Assembly (NCBI GenBank): GCA_029717555.1
Contig: JAMDHS010000004.1
Location: 62,001-126,000, forward strand
Direction of reading: 5' to 3'
Length of the DNA stretch: 64,000 nucleotides
Origin: Peribolospora baueri
Taxonomy: Eukaryota
Under the pieces are notes generated by a model, which was not told the DNA's origin, ran no database searches, and saw only the letters and a program-made list of their open reading frames with translations. Positions 1 to 11,927 of this stretch are shown here, one piece after another. The position numbers and the translations under genes were made by a program. Position 1 is the stretch's first letter. The number at the start of each line of letters is the position of its first letter.

Positions 1-441
1 GACCAGGTCGAGAGGCGGAAGCGGCTGAGTGACGGAGGAGAAGAGGCGCCACCAAGAGCCAGGAGTTAGGATGGCGTTTCACATGCGCACGGCGGGACAC
101 ATCACGAGGGAGTGGGGGATGAAGTGGTATGGCTGGCTGCTCGCAATCCTCCTTCGAAGAGCAACGACATTTGCACAAATCCTGATGTGGCGGCGTGGAC
201 GGCAGCAAGGGGCACAACGAAGCCGGCGGCGAAGGTGAACACGGCGTATGTGGTCACCACGGACGAGGGATCCAACTCTGTTTCTCTCATGTCGACCGGC
301 CCGATGCTCCCGCCGAACAACCTGAGCAACAGCCAGACATGCAACGTGCCGCACATTCGACTCCGCGACATAATCTCATAAGACTGATTTCAAGCACCAG
401 ACATGTCTAAAAAAACAGCATTGGTCGAGTCAGAAAAACAC

Positions 442-783
442 TCACATCCACCTGAAGCCGGACTCCTTCCATAGACGCGATGCAATGTGGTCCGCAATAA
501 CCTTATTCCTCTCCGTTGCTGGGACATGGGCAGCAAGGGATAGCTCACTAGGAGAAAGCTGAATCTTGACATGGGATCCGAATTGGCCATTTTCGAAGTG
601 TCGAGCCTTGCGTACGAGGGCCAGGAAGTCATGGAGCATGAAAACAGGCCTTTCGGCAAAAATGCGTTTTTGCCCATGGTGGTTGCATTGCGCATAGTAG
701 TCACCTAAAAGGTTTTTTTGAGACCACTGGGATAAAGGAACCTCTTTCCCACATCTTCGGCAGAACCTGTTGTTGCCTTCCAT
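442..783 (-). other. Short ORF/exon with Cys/His motifs, possibly a degenerate DNA-transposon (MULE-associated) remnant
   Basis: 113-aa ATG ORF with CxxC...CxxH and ending IASRLWKESGFRW at a GTGAGT donor. The segment looks more AT-rich than the flanking genes. I could not find a convincing in-frame downstream exon. Confidence 0.25.
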
Positions 784-1246
784 GGTCTCAAAGACGAAGG
801 ATGTGTAGGTATTGAAGTGGTGCAGAAGGGAAAGGAGTGGTCGGAGGACAGAGGATGCCGCTCGGGCAAGCGACGACGACGACGACAGGGGAAAAAAAGA
901 GACGTATGCGTGGCATCTCGTGACATAGCCCTAACTTTATTTTTCGGGGTGGGGTGCGTTTTGTGCGAGCGGTCGTGCGGCGGTGTCTAAATGAGTTATT
1001 CTGCGTCGTTCGAGCTCGGGTCGGGTGGGATGACGGTCTACCAGCTAGGAGGGATGGATGAGGAACGCTTCGGCTTTGCTTGTGGTTGGACCCACGTACT
1101 CTGTTGTTATCTTCTGTGAACCACGCGCCGAGACGCAATGCTTTTTGTTGCGCGAGCCGCCGAGAAATGTCGATCCCCATACGGGGAGCCTTGAGTGTTT
1201 CATTAACTGATTTATTTCGGATCGGCGCGGCGCTCCTACGCCTGTG

Positions 1247-2005
1247 TCACCGCTGCGCCACCGGTCGCAGGCCAGGGTTGCTACCGCTAGCCAATCCCAA
1301 CCCCGCCAATAGCTCTCCACCGCTCTTGATATTACTTCCTGCCTGTCGAGCGTCCTTGACTAGGGGGCGACGTTCGCCAGTGGTTCGGAGATGGGAAAAA
1401 GCTGTCGCTAGGGCGAGGCCGCCTAGACCCCACAGGGCGCCTTGGAAGAGGGGGGAGACAATCTGAAGGAGGGGGGATGGTGAGAGAGGATTGGAAGCAA
1501 AGAGAGATGCAGTGGATAAGAGGCCGACCAGATGTGGTTCCTGTGCAATGTGTCCTCTGAAAGAGTCAGACCGTTTGGCCGGTCGCTACCCACTTGGTCT
1601 CGAACGGTGACCCAGAGGAGAGGACCCCTTTTTCACAGCAAGCGAATACGCAAACGGAAAGGCGATGGGAGGTAAAAGCGAGAACAGGGATGGGGAAAAG
1701 AAAGGGAGCGGGAAAGAGGTAAGCAAACGAACGAACGCGAGAGTCGAAATGGGAGCGAAACGAGCGAGCAAGTAGGACAAGGCAAAACGTCAAGGGCTGA
1801 AACAAACAATAACCGACCATTCTATCCTCAGCGGCCCGAGCCAAAGCTTCGTCTTTCCGTCCCCTTGCCCTTCACCGCGCTTCTCGTCGTCCACGACGCC
1901 CTGCGCCCTCTTGCCTTCGTCGGGTCGGGCGTCGTGCACGAATCCACGAACGGAAGCGAGATAGGAGGACTCGAAGCGGAGGTCGGGGAGGGTGAGTTTC
2001 TCCAT
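1247..2005 (-). CDS. DUF1770-like small fungal membrane protein, 3 exons
   Basis: Spliced product contains LPDLRFESSYLASV ... WGPLLWVTVRDQ|IVSPLFQGALWG, the pattern I recall for fungal DUF1770. GT-AG introns keep the frame, and the stop is at 1247-1249. Confidence 0.7.
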
Positions 2006-3255
2006 GGAGAGGACAGGTGACGGGCCGGATAGAAGAAGATCGAGGTGGGCGGGGAAGGCAGAGCGGAGCGGGTGCGAGCGAGCATGACCGTCGAGTCGAG
2101 GTGGGAGCCGTAGTCGGCGGGATCATCGATGTATGACGGTGCAGGTCAAGAGCCGAGTCGATCGGGTCCATCATGGGCTCACGGAGGTAATTCGCTCGCT
2201 ACTAGCCGTAGACAGGGCGAAGTGTACATGTACATGCATTATGGCGTGCTGCATGTGCTTTTCCCCCTTCTCTCGACATGGGCACGAAGACAGCTGGGAC
2301 AGGCGCTTTTCCGTGCGCCGTGCTTTCGTTTTCGTTGCTCGACCGGGATCTTGCGACTAGGGCGAGACGACGAGGGGGTTCGCTTTCTGGGCTGGATGAT
2401 GACCGCCTTTACGAGAGTACACGGAGCACGCGCTCGCATGAGACGCCGGAAACCAAAGAGAGACGCAACAGATGACATGTCGCAGTCGTAGTCGCCGTCG
2501 CAGCCGCATAGAAGAAATCCTTGCCACGAGCTGATGACCTCATCATAGTCGCACAGCACTGCCACTCGGTTTCCACTCGCTGTCCGCCTTTCCGTCCGCC
2601 CGCCTTTCCGCTGCCGCAGCAGATCCACCGTCGTCGGCCAGCTGCGGCTGCCTCGCTCGCTCTCTACACGCCCCCGTTGCCGCTCCGCGTCCGTGCCCGG
2701 CAAGCCCGTCGGCGCCGTCCAGCTCGTCCTCGACTCGACGTACATCCATCCATCAACCCTCCTCTTCCCTTCGACGATTCACGACTGACGACTCACGACC
2801 GACAGAAAGCAGTCAGCCCCCGAAATAGTCGCCCATCCATCCATCCATCCATCCATCCCATTCCCCCTTGGCTCTCTGCTGGCTTCCCTATCCCACCCAA
2901 CGCGCCTCGCCTACCGTCGGCCCATCGGCTTCCTGCTAGAGCGCCCGCTCGCTCGTCCGGTTCCTCTTCACCTCCCCTCGTCATCTCTCCCACCACCTCA
3001 CCTCCTCCATCCATCCCGTCCGGTCGCCGGCCATAGCATACAGCTAGTCCTATATCCGTCCACCACCACCCATTCCGTGATCGCCTAACCAACCCCGCTC
3101 GCGCCTGACGGCCAGCACATTCCTCCGGCTCGTCCCCTCCACCCTCCTCCATAGCCGACATTGCAGCGCCCCAAGCACCCTCCCCCTCCTTTCCCGTTCC
3201 TCTTTCCGTCCCCGCCCCCCTCCGGGCCTTTGCCCGCGCGCATCTTTTCTCTCGC

Positions 3256-5634
3256 ATGTCACAACCGTCTACAGGCACCCCGTCCACCACGCCTGGCCGG
3301 GAAAGGCCAGCGGCGGGTCCGGGCAGCAGTGGATCGGCGACGGCCGCGCCCGTCGCTTCTTTCTCCACGGGCCCCCCCGACCCGGGTCCCTCGAAGACAT
3401 CCACCCGCGTGCTGCCCTCCACGGCCGACCCAAACGCACGTCTGGCACCATATGGCGCACAGATGGAACCCACGGGAAGCTGGGGAGGCGAGGCCGGCTC
3501 CGTTTCGCCGGCCGTGGCGAAGAAAATGGCCGCTGCTGGCGTCTGGCCTCCCGCCGCCGGGGTTGGTGGGGCCCGGAGGGACGAGGAGGAGGCGCCATCG
3601 AAGGCTAGTTTGAAAGCTTGGGTGAGTGTCCGTGGTGTGTCTTGCCGGGCATCGTGCATCGGATGGGTCGATGGTGGGAAGTGTTTGTGCCGGGGATTTT
3701 TTTGGCGATGTACAACGTGCATGGACGCCGGCCCGCCGCCCATGACTCTCACCACTTTCCTCTCGCCTCCACCCTTCTGACGTTCATCCCACCTGTCTCT
3801 TCGTGCACCGCAGTGGTCTGCCTTCACCAAGCCGTCCAAAAAGTCGGAGAAGAAGAAAGGTGGGCTTTTCTCCCAGTTTGCTGTTGCACGTTTTGGACGC
3901 GCCTCGGCTCATCCTCTTCCATTATCTGTCTCTCTCTGTGCCCGACACGATCCACAGAAGGCGCCCCCGTCTTCGGCGTCCCCCTCCGCACCTCTCTCCG
4001 GTATGCCAGCGTGGCCATTTCCATGGCTGCTGACGACGGAGAGCAGTATGTGTGGGGATACGTCCCCGTCGTCGTCGCCAAGATCGGACTGTATCTTAAA
4101 GAGAGCGGTGAGTGGGCGGGCCGGCCCCCAAACTACGGCCCGGTATCGGCAGTCGGTCGTCAGCCACCGCCCAGCATGGGACGAACGCCTTGCTGAACCT
4201 GATGATTCTTCCGTCACTTCGCAGCTACGGAGGTGGAAGGCGTTTTCCGGATTGCTGGATCTCAGAAACGAATGAAGGAGCTCCAGGAAGAGTTCGATAC
4301 CCCGCCAGAGGTTCGTGTCGTCTTTTGTCTTTCAACTGAGCCACGAGTGGCGCGATCCAAGGCGTATCGAGGGCCGTTTGGCAAGCGACTAACTCCAGTG
4401 TCGTTGGTGCGGCTTTATCTTCACAGTATGGCAAGCACGTTGACTGGAAGAAGTACAGCGTGCACGACGCGGCGAGCGTTCTCAGAAGGTATTTAAACCA
4501 AATGCCGGTGAGCACTCTTTCCCTTCTTGATGGCCCGACCACGATCCCGTTCTTGCCTTTTTCCCACTTCGTCCTTCCTTCTCACCAAGCTATCTTTTAT
4601 CTTTCCCATTCCCATCCCTCCGATCGCCCGTCCCTCTCGCTCAGGAACCCATCATTCCCTTGGAACTGTATTACGAGTTTCGCAACGTGCTCACTAAGAA
4701 GCCGTTCGAGCTTGAGGCAGCCATCAAGACGTACCGTCTGCTCATCTCCTCCATGCCTTGGGCAAACAAATACCTGCTCCTATACGTCCTCGACCTCTTG
4801 GCCGTCTTTGCGCGCAAGAGCGATAAGAACTTGATGCCGGCAAGCAGTGAGTGTTTCGAATCCCTCCGGCGCGTGCACGTCGCGCGGCTCGGGTCCCACC
4901 TACCCTCGTTTTCGATTCGATCCTAATTTTCAGTTTCTTCTTTGCCGACGACAGACCTCGCCGTCATCTTCCAACCGGGCATTTTCTCTCACCCAGACCA
5001 CGTGCAGTCCCCAACGGAACACAAGAATGCTGTAAAGGTCCTGGAGATCTTGATCGAATACCAGGACCACTTTGTCCTTGCTCTCTCCGCCCCTCCCAAG
5101 TCTTCGGTACGATCTGAAGAGCTGACGGCCGCGAGTAGGCCGATGGCCGACACGACGGTGATGGTGCCGAGCGACTCGGACGAGGAGCCTCCGCCGGGAG
5201 GGTGGCGGGTACACGAGGGCGGAGGAGCGAGGTTGGGAAGGAGGCGGACGACAGGGAGCGAGAAGAAGAAGGCAGGCCGGAGGATGCTCACCGCTGGCGG
5301 GGCGCCGAGGAGAGCCGTGGACGAGCTCGATGTACCCGGCGGTCCGCCATCGCGACAGGCTTCGTCCGCGTCGAGAACCGGAGGTGTGAGCGGAGCGTTG
5401 CGGGGAGGCGCTGGCACAAGGAGCAGGGAAGGCAACACGCGGGGATCGACTCCCACGTCTCCGTCTCAGGCTCAATCCGGCGTCGGAGGGGGAGGGGCCG
5501 CGCCACCTCCATCGCCGCCGCCGGAGAAGGCGTCGGGCACGGCGGCGAGAGCCACTTCAGGATGGGGAAATAGAGAGGATGAGAGGACGGGAGATGGGGA
5601 TGTCGCCGGGGGACTTCCTACGCCGCCTTTTTGA
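3256..5634 (+). CDS. Rho GTPase-activating protein, Sac7/Bag7/Rga5 type, multi-exon
   Basis: Motifs VFGVPL, YVPVVVAKIGLYLK, EGVFRIAGS (Arg finger), HDAASVLRRYL, EPIIP and NLMPASNLAVIFQPG join across canonical introns. The C-terminus is disordered. Confidence 0.9.
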
Positions 5635-6480
5635 AGAGCTATGGGAGCGGAAAGTAATACCGGAGCGCCACCCCTTTTCGCCGGAGGTCGCTACTGCACG
5701 TCGGCGCCACGACGGGTTCGAACTCGTTCCTCGTTTCCGTCCTTATCCTTACCCTTACCCCTCATGGACATTTCACTTTTGTACGCGGGAGCATACCTGC
5801 TTCATCTTTGTTTCCCCCTTCGTCTTGTTTTCCGCCTTTCTGTTGGCTCTACACCTCTGCCGTCGTCTTTTTTATCTTTTCAACTTGGTCGATATCTCCC
5901 CGTCTACGCGTCCTCCTCATTTCAGCCTCGCTTCGTTTGTTCGTTCGCATCTATCCCCCTTCTTTATCACCTCGCTTTTCGCTCAACCTCGTTGCCCTTT
6001 TTTCGCCTCGTCCCCGTCCATCATACACGCGTTACACCTCGCCTCGCCTCGCCTTGCGTCTCGGATTTTCTGTCGTTCGTTCCCAGCTACCGACCTAGTC
6101 GAACACATCCCCTCTGCCCACCCCTTACTGCTACTTACCTTCCCCTCATCAGGCTACCCGCTTTTCCTCCTCAGCCACTTTGGACGTATGTACCTTCCAC
6201 GGCCTGTCCTGTTCCGAATTAACGGACCTTTGGCCTGCCTAGCCCGCCCTCGAAGGGCTGCGCTGCGCGCTCTTAGGCGGAGATGAGGCTCGGAAGAAGG
6301 AGGGGCAATCGGATGGATTTCCGGAAAGGATGGCAATCGGATGGGGGTGGCCCCGCTCAACAGGTGACATTCTCGCCCATATCTTCGTTTCCTCACCGAT
6401 CTTATCGTCTCTCGGAAGAAAACGAACCCATCGACCTCGCATTCGTACATTGCGTCAGTCAAACCGGGATCGGAATAGCC

Positions 6481-8055
6481 ATGTTTGCTCGTCAAGCTCC
6501 CAGCGCTTTCCGCGGTGGTGAGTTGGATGAACTACCTCCCTTCTCCCCGGCGCGACGACGGGGCGCTGAGAGGGGTACGTAGGGAAACCGGTGGAGATGA
6601 TAAGAGGGGAAGGGCCCTCTTTTTCTTGCTTTTTTGTTCCTCGCTCGGTCTGGCGTCCGTCGTCCGATTCGATCAGTCCTCACTCAGCCCAGCTGCGTGC
6701 GTGAGGCTTGACGGCCGTCGGTTGGCGGGGCGAGGGCGAGCGACATGGAACTTGCGATTGATTGAGCTCGGAGTAGCGGGTTCACGCTCGGAGAATGCCC
6801 GTCCATCCCGCTCACTTTCGCTCGGCTTTCCTTCTTTCCCTTCCCGCGTGCATCTCTCAAGCCCTCCGCGCGGCCGCCCGCACCACCGCCCCTCGGTCCT
6901 TCGCCACCGCCGCCGCTCGTCAGCCCGTCGCGAACAGGCTGGGTGGGAGCAGGACTGCGTTGGCGCTCGCTGTCGGCGTCGCTACCGTCGGCTACAGTGC
7001 TTTTGCAGGTGAGTGAGTTATGGCCCTGTGAGGAGAAGGGAAGAGAGACAAGACGTGCTTGCTCGTGTGCGCCGAGCGAAAGCCCGCGGCAGGATGTGGA
7101 ACGGAGAAGGGCAGGGTGCGTCGAGGAAGAAGGGAAGCCGGACGGGGTGCTATAATGCTGGATGGAGTGAAGGCTCCCTTCGGTTCATCGCAGTTGGAAA
7201 GAGATCTAGCGAGGTCGTCGACTACCTGTTGGAGAGGGATCTCATCGTCGGATGGCGAGATTGGAGGAGGGAGATTTTCACTCAGAGATTCCTCTTTGCT
7301 CCCCACCTCGTCGCTCCTACAGCCTACCGTGAGCCCTTTGCGCTCGAGGGTGCTCGCACGATCGCTGGCGAGTACGGCACCACGTCTGAGCGCTCGTTCA
7401 TCATGATCAAGGTAGGCCATCGTCTCCCTCGGGTTGCGCCTTCGTCTTCTTTCTTGCATTGTACCCGATGGATGGCGCTGACGCCTTTCTTGCCGTTCAC
7501 AGCCCGATGGCGTCTCTCGTCAGATCGTTGGCAAGATCATCGACCGGTTCGAGAGTCGCGGCTACAAGCTTGTGGCCATCAAGTCTGTCATGCCGTCCAA
7601 GGAGCTCGCTCAGGAGCACTACATTGACCTGGCCCAGAAGCCGTTCTACAAGGGCCTCGTGGCATACATCACTTCCGGCACCCCCGTCGTCGCCATGGTC
7701 TGGGAGGGCAAGGATGTCATCCGCCAGGGCCGTCGGATGGTCGGCGCTACGAACCCGCTCGAGAGCGACCCCGGCAGCGTGCGTGGGCAGTACGCGGTGA
7801 GCGTCGGACGGAACATCATCCACGCCAGCGACGGCTTCGACTCGGCGACCAAGGAGATCGGCCTCTGGTTCGATGAGAAGGAGCTCGCTAACTACAAGCC
7901 TGCCGCTTGGGACGAGGTCATGTGAGTGGGGTCCGCGTGCGGGTCGGCGAGCTGACCCCGCTTCTATACCGCCGTTTGTTGTGCGTCGCTTGTCCATGCT
8001 GACCTTGTTCCTTCTCACCCTCTGCCTCCTTTCCTCCCATAGGGCTGACAACTAA
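6481..8055 (+). CDS. NDK1: Nucleoside diphosphate kinase with N-terminal mitochondrial presequence, 5 exons
   Basis: Contains ERSFIMIK|PDGV, EHY..L..KPFY, GATNP..PGSVRG and GRNIIHASD (catalytic His). Exon 1 MFARQAPSAFRG splices in frame to an Arg/Ala-rich leader and a hydrophobic stretch. Confidence 0.93.
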
Positions 8056-9526
8056 GCTTGCGTACAGACACCACCAGGTCGTCGTCGCGCCCATCATCTC
8101 CACCGAGCCGACCACCGCCTCCTCTCCTTTCGCCCGACCTTGACCGTTTGTTTCCCCTTCCAGACTCGTTCGTTGTAAGCTCGCTGCTTAAAGTCGCTCC
8201 CTCCTTTCGCCTTCCGGATCCAGTAGACATTTTCCTCGTACATCGCACCACACTCCCTAGAGAAAAATCAATCCATTCATGTCCGCATTTCTCCTCGCAT
8301 CGCTGTCCGTCTGCCGACGCTGGAGGCCTTTTCGCCTCCGGTCATTAATTAGCCCGTTGAATCCATCCGATCGACAGAGCTCCTTAGCTCCTGTTACTAT
8401 AGCTAGTCAGCTGGACCCTTACGTAACGACAGAGGAACTCGGTGAGCGCCCATGTCCACGCTCTCAGTAATTGGACGAGGAACGCTCGCTTCGTTGCACG
8501 ACACGGTGTGCATAAGGTCTGAAGGGCGCGGGGCGGCGGCCTGGTTGCGAGGGATTGTCAATGTGCGCCCGGGTCATGTGGAGCGGAGACATGCGTAGCT
8601 AGGTAGTCAAGTAAAGACTGGAGAGTGACTGCGTCGACGACGACGACGACGGTCGCGTTGGCACGCACGGATCGGTCGGCGCGGTGAAGAGCGCTTTGGG
8701 TCGTCAAGGTGATCATCACTTCATCTCCCACCACCACTACGCCGGCCCACACGTACCTGAGCAATGCAATACGCTCATCCATCCCTCTCTTCACCTCTCC
8801 GCAACGTCCACTCACCCCCCTCGCAGCCTCCTGAAATGGCTGAGTACGATCTTTTTTTTTCCTTCCATGCGTCTAGCAGATCGTCTACACAGGTGCAAGG
8901 ACCCCTTGGCTGCCGGGAAGAGGAGGGAGGGACAGGCTGCGCGTGGTTGGTGGGCCACTCAAGTCTGCTTGCGTCCTACTCCCACCATCTGAGCCAGCCG
9001 CACTGCCTCGCCTGGTTATTTTCTCCCCGATCGACGAGTCCCCTCAGGGGTCTTGGCCGTCGTCGAGCAGAGCGTGGGCTGATCATCGAAACGGCCGCCC
9101 TCGCACAAATCTCATTTCCTGCGTCCTATTCTCGTTCTACCCTCGTCGTCCCCTCCCGCCCGCCCGGCCCCCTTCCCTTCCCACAGCAACTTAAAAAGGC
9201 TCACCCGGTTAAGCCACTCACCCCTCCTTCCTTTCTTCTTCTCTTCACGCCTACCCTCCCCGCTCACGCGCAACACCTCGTCCCCCTCCCTCTGTTCTCG
9301 TCCTCTGCGAGGCCTTTAGCTCCCAAGTCGCCAGGTAGCGACCTTCGACGTTCCCTTCGGTTACGCACTCCGTCTTCAAGGCTAGACCTCGACTACCATC
9401 TTTCCCTATTCGCTCTTTGCTCAAAGTCCAGGTCGACTTTTCCCTTCGCCCTTTGTACCCCCATATCGCACCGAGCAGGCTCGTCTCGCTTTCGTCCCTA
9501 CTCTCGACCGGCCGACTGACAAAAAT

Positions 9527-10963
9527 ATGCGTCTCGCCGCCACTGCTTTTCTCGCCGCCGCCCTCTCCGGCGCCTTCCACCTCGCCGGCGTACATGCGGC
9601 GGCCGCCTCGAGGAACTGGGGCTCCGCGTCTGCCGTTGCTGCTCAAGCGTCTGGTTCTTCCTACGGCTCGAGCGGCTCGTATGGATCGAGCGACTCTTCC
9701 GGCTCGAGCGGTTCCTATGGCTCTAGTGGCTCCTCCGGCTCGAGCGGCTCCTATGGTTCAGGCATGTCCTCCGGCTCGAGCGGCTCCTCCTCCTGGAGCC
9801 CCCAGTACGGCTCCGGCGGCATGTCCTCCGGGCAGTCGTCCAACCCCTACGACAGCTGCGTTCAGCAATGTCAGGCCTCCTACGGCTCAATGTCCGGCTC
9901 AATGTCCGGCTCAATGTCCGGATCCATGATGAGCGGCTCCTCCAGCACAAACGCCAGCTCGGGCGGCGGTTCGCAGACGAGTGAGCACACAGGCCCGCTG
10001 GTCGTTTGAGTTTTAAAGCTCACCTTTTTTTTGCTCACTAACTGCTTCTTTTTCGGTCTTCTTCCCTACAAAGTAATCGTCGCCCCCTCCCAAGGCGTTC
10101 TCCGCTATGTGCCTTTCGCCGCCACCGCCGCCTCCGGAAGCCAAGTCCAGTTTGTCTGGGGCGCCGGACCGCACACCGTCACCAAGTCCTCGATCACCGG
10201 CATCTGCAACAGGACCATGGATGCCCCATTTGACTCGGGCAAGCTCAACGCGTCGGCCACGTTCATGCAGACGATCAGCAATTCCACCTCACCTACGTTC
10301 TTCTACGTGAGTCGCGTTGAATGATTGAAAAGCGGCTGCACGCGCAGGGCTTCGGCGATTGCGCAGAGTTGATCCGAATGTGTTTCGTGTGTCTTCCTTC
10401 CTCAGTGCACCGTCCCTAATCACTGCCAGAAGGGCATGTTCGGAATTATCAACCCGCCGACCACGAACGTGACCGGCATGACCGTCGATGGTATGATGTC
10501 TTCGATGATGGAATCGAACCCCACCCTGTCGTCCAACTACCAGACCGCTAAGAGCTACTGCAACGGCAACTCCAAGGCCTGGGGATGGGGCGGGTCGTAC
10601 GACATGAGCGTCCTCCAGTCCTCGTCGGACGTCGAAGTCGTTGAAATCTTCAACAACATCCTCTACTCTCGCATGGCCATCGCCGCCAACCCTTCGAGCA
10701 TTCAGCCTGACGGTTCGGTTTCGTTCCAAGGCATGGACCACACGTCCATGAAGATCCCTCAGGACTTTGCCGCCGTCGCGTCCAACTCGTCCTCCGCCGC
10801 GATGGGCGCCTCCACCGCCGCCTCGCCTCACTCCACGTCGGCTGCGGGGACCTCGGCGGCGCAGAAGGACGGTGCAGCCGGCAGCGTTGTCGGCAGCAGC
10901 TTCGCCACCAGCGTCGTCGCCGGCCTGGGCGCCGTCGTCGTCGGTTTCGCTCTCGTCGCCTGA
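9527..10963 (+). CDS. Secreted, probably GPI-anchored, Ser/Gly-rich cupredoxin-domain protein, 3 exons
   Basis: Has a signal peptide (MRLAATAFLAAALSGAFHLAGVHA), SSGSYG repeats, then VIVAP..LRYVPF, F.WGAGPHTVT and FFY|CTVPNHCQKGMFGIIN (H, C, H, M copper-type ligands). The C-terminal tail is hydrophobic. Confidence 0.8.
9650..9919 (+). repeat. Coding tandem repeats: GGCTCGAGCGGC-type units (SSGSYG/SSG) and (GGCTCAATGTCC)x3 at 9884-9919
   Basis: Imperfect and perfect repeats visible directly in the first exon of the cupredoxin gene. Confidence 0.85.
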
Positions 10964-11927
10964 CCGGTGAGCGCGCCCGCTGAGCGGGATAAGATACCCA
11001 GGTCAAGTGACGGTAGAGGCGATTCGATTCGAGTCGGACGAGCGGGTCGATCCCTGCTCTGCTTTCTTGGCGACATCATCCCATGTATCTCCTGGCTAAC
11101 GGAATGACAGACAGACTCGGCCAGATCGATCGTCGCGTCCGTCGTCTTAACCGTCGTCACCGTTCCTTTCCTTTCCTCTTCGTTCGGTCACCTTTCTCTT
11201 TCTCGCCAGACAATCGAATGTTACTCTTTTTCCCCCTCCTCCTTCCGGCCTCGTCCCTTTCTCGATCCCCTCTCCGTGGATGAGGAGACGCGAAGCGGGC
11301 CCACCGTTCCCGCCGCCGTTCGTCTCCCTTCGTCAGCTGTCGCGCCAGTGTACGTACATACGTACTCGTAGTCTACGATACGCCCCCCCGCCGCCTACCC
11401 TATCTTACCATAGGGCTATGGTCATCATCGGTTCGGTACACCGCGCCGTGCCTTCTTGTGTGTGCGACCAGTTCGTTCCAACCCATCTTCTCCTTCAGCT
11501 TTCTTTCATCATCAGGCCGTTCAGATCGAGAGCAAGAAAATGGTTCGAAACCGATCGGAATTTCGTCGCTTGCTGGGGGGGGGAGGGGGGGGGATGGATG
11601 TGTTGGCACTTTCCTTGGATCCTTGGATGACTCGTGCCTGCTGCCGAGGAGGCGAGGACGAATAAGAAAAAAGGTGAGGCGAACACGTCGGCTCGCTCGA
11701 CACCCACCGTCGAAGGGCGTGTTGTGTTACACCGGCGACGAGATCGCGCCGGCTGTCCTCGCAATCTCGAAGAAGGGTCGGGTGAGAGAAGCGGGTGATA
11801 ACGATAGGGATCGTCGATTGCCGCGGAACTCTACACTACGAAGTACAATACGCAAACGAGCGAAGAGAGAAAGGGAAGAAAAAAACAGCTGAGGTGACGT
11901 CGTCGTCGTTGTCGTTGTCGTCTACGT

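Noticed and set aside
1..410. Short ORFs on both strands at the window start
   Set aside because: No recognisable motif and no consistent splice model. A possible + strand gene end at 69 cannot be verified.
2793..3839. 348-aa minus-strand ORF, representative of many long antisense ORFs in the track
   Set aside because: It is a shadow of the RhoGAP gene and its CT-rich leader, as expected in high-GC DNA.
5711..5727. GGTTCGAA tRNA T-loop-like motif (another at about 11542)
   Set aside because: T-stem geometry is wrong and no cloverleaf forms around it.
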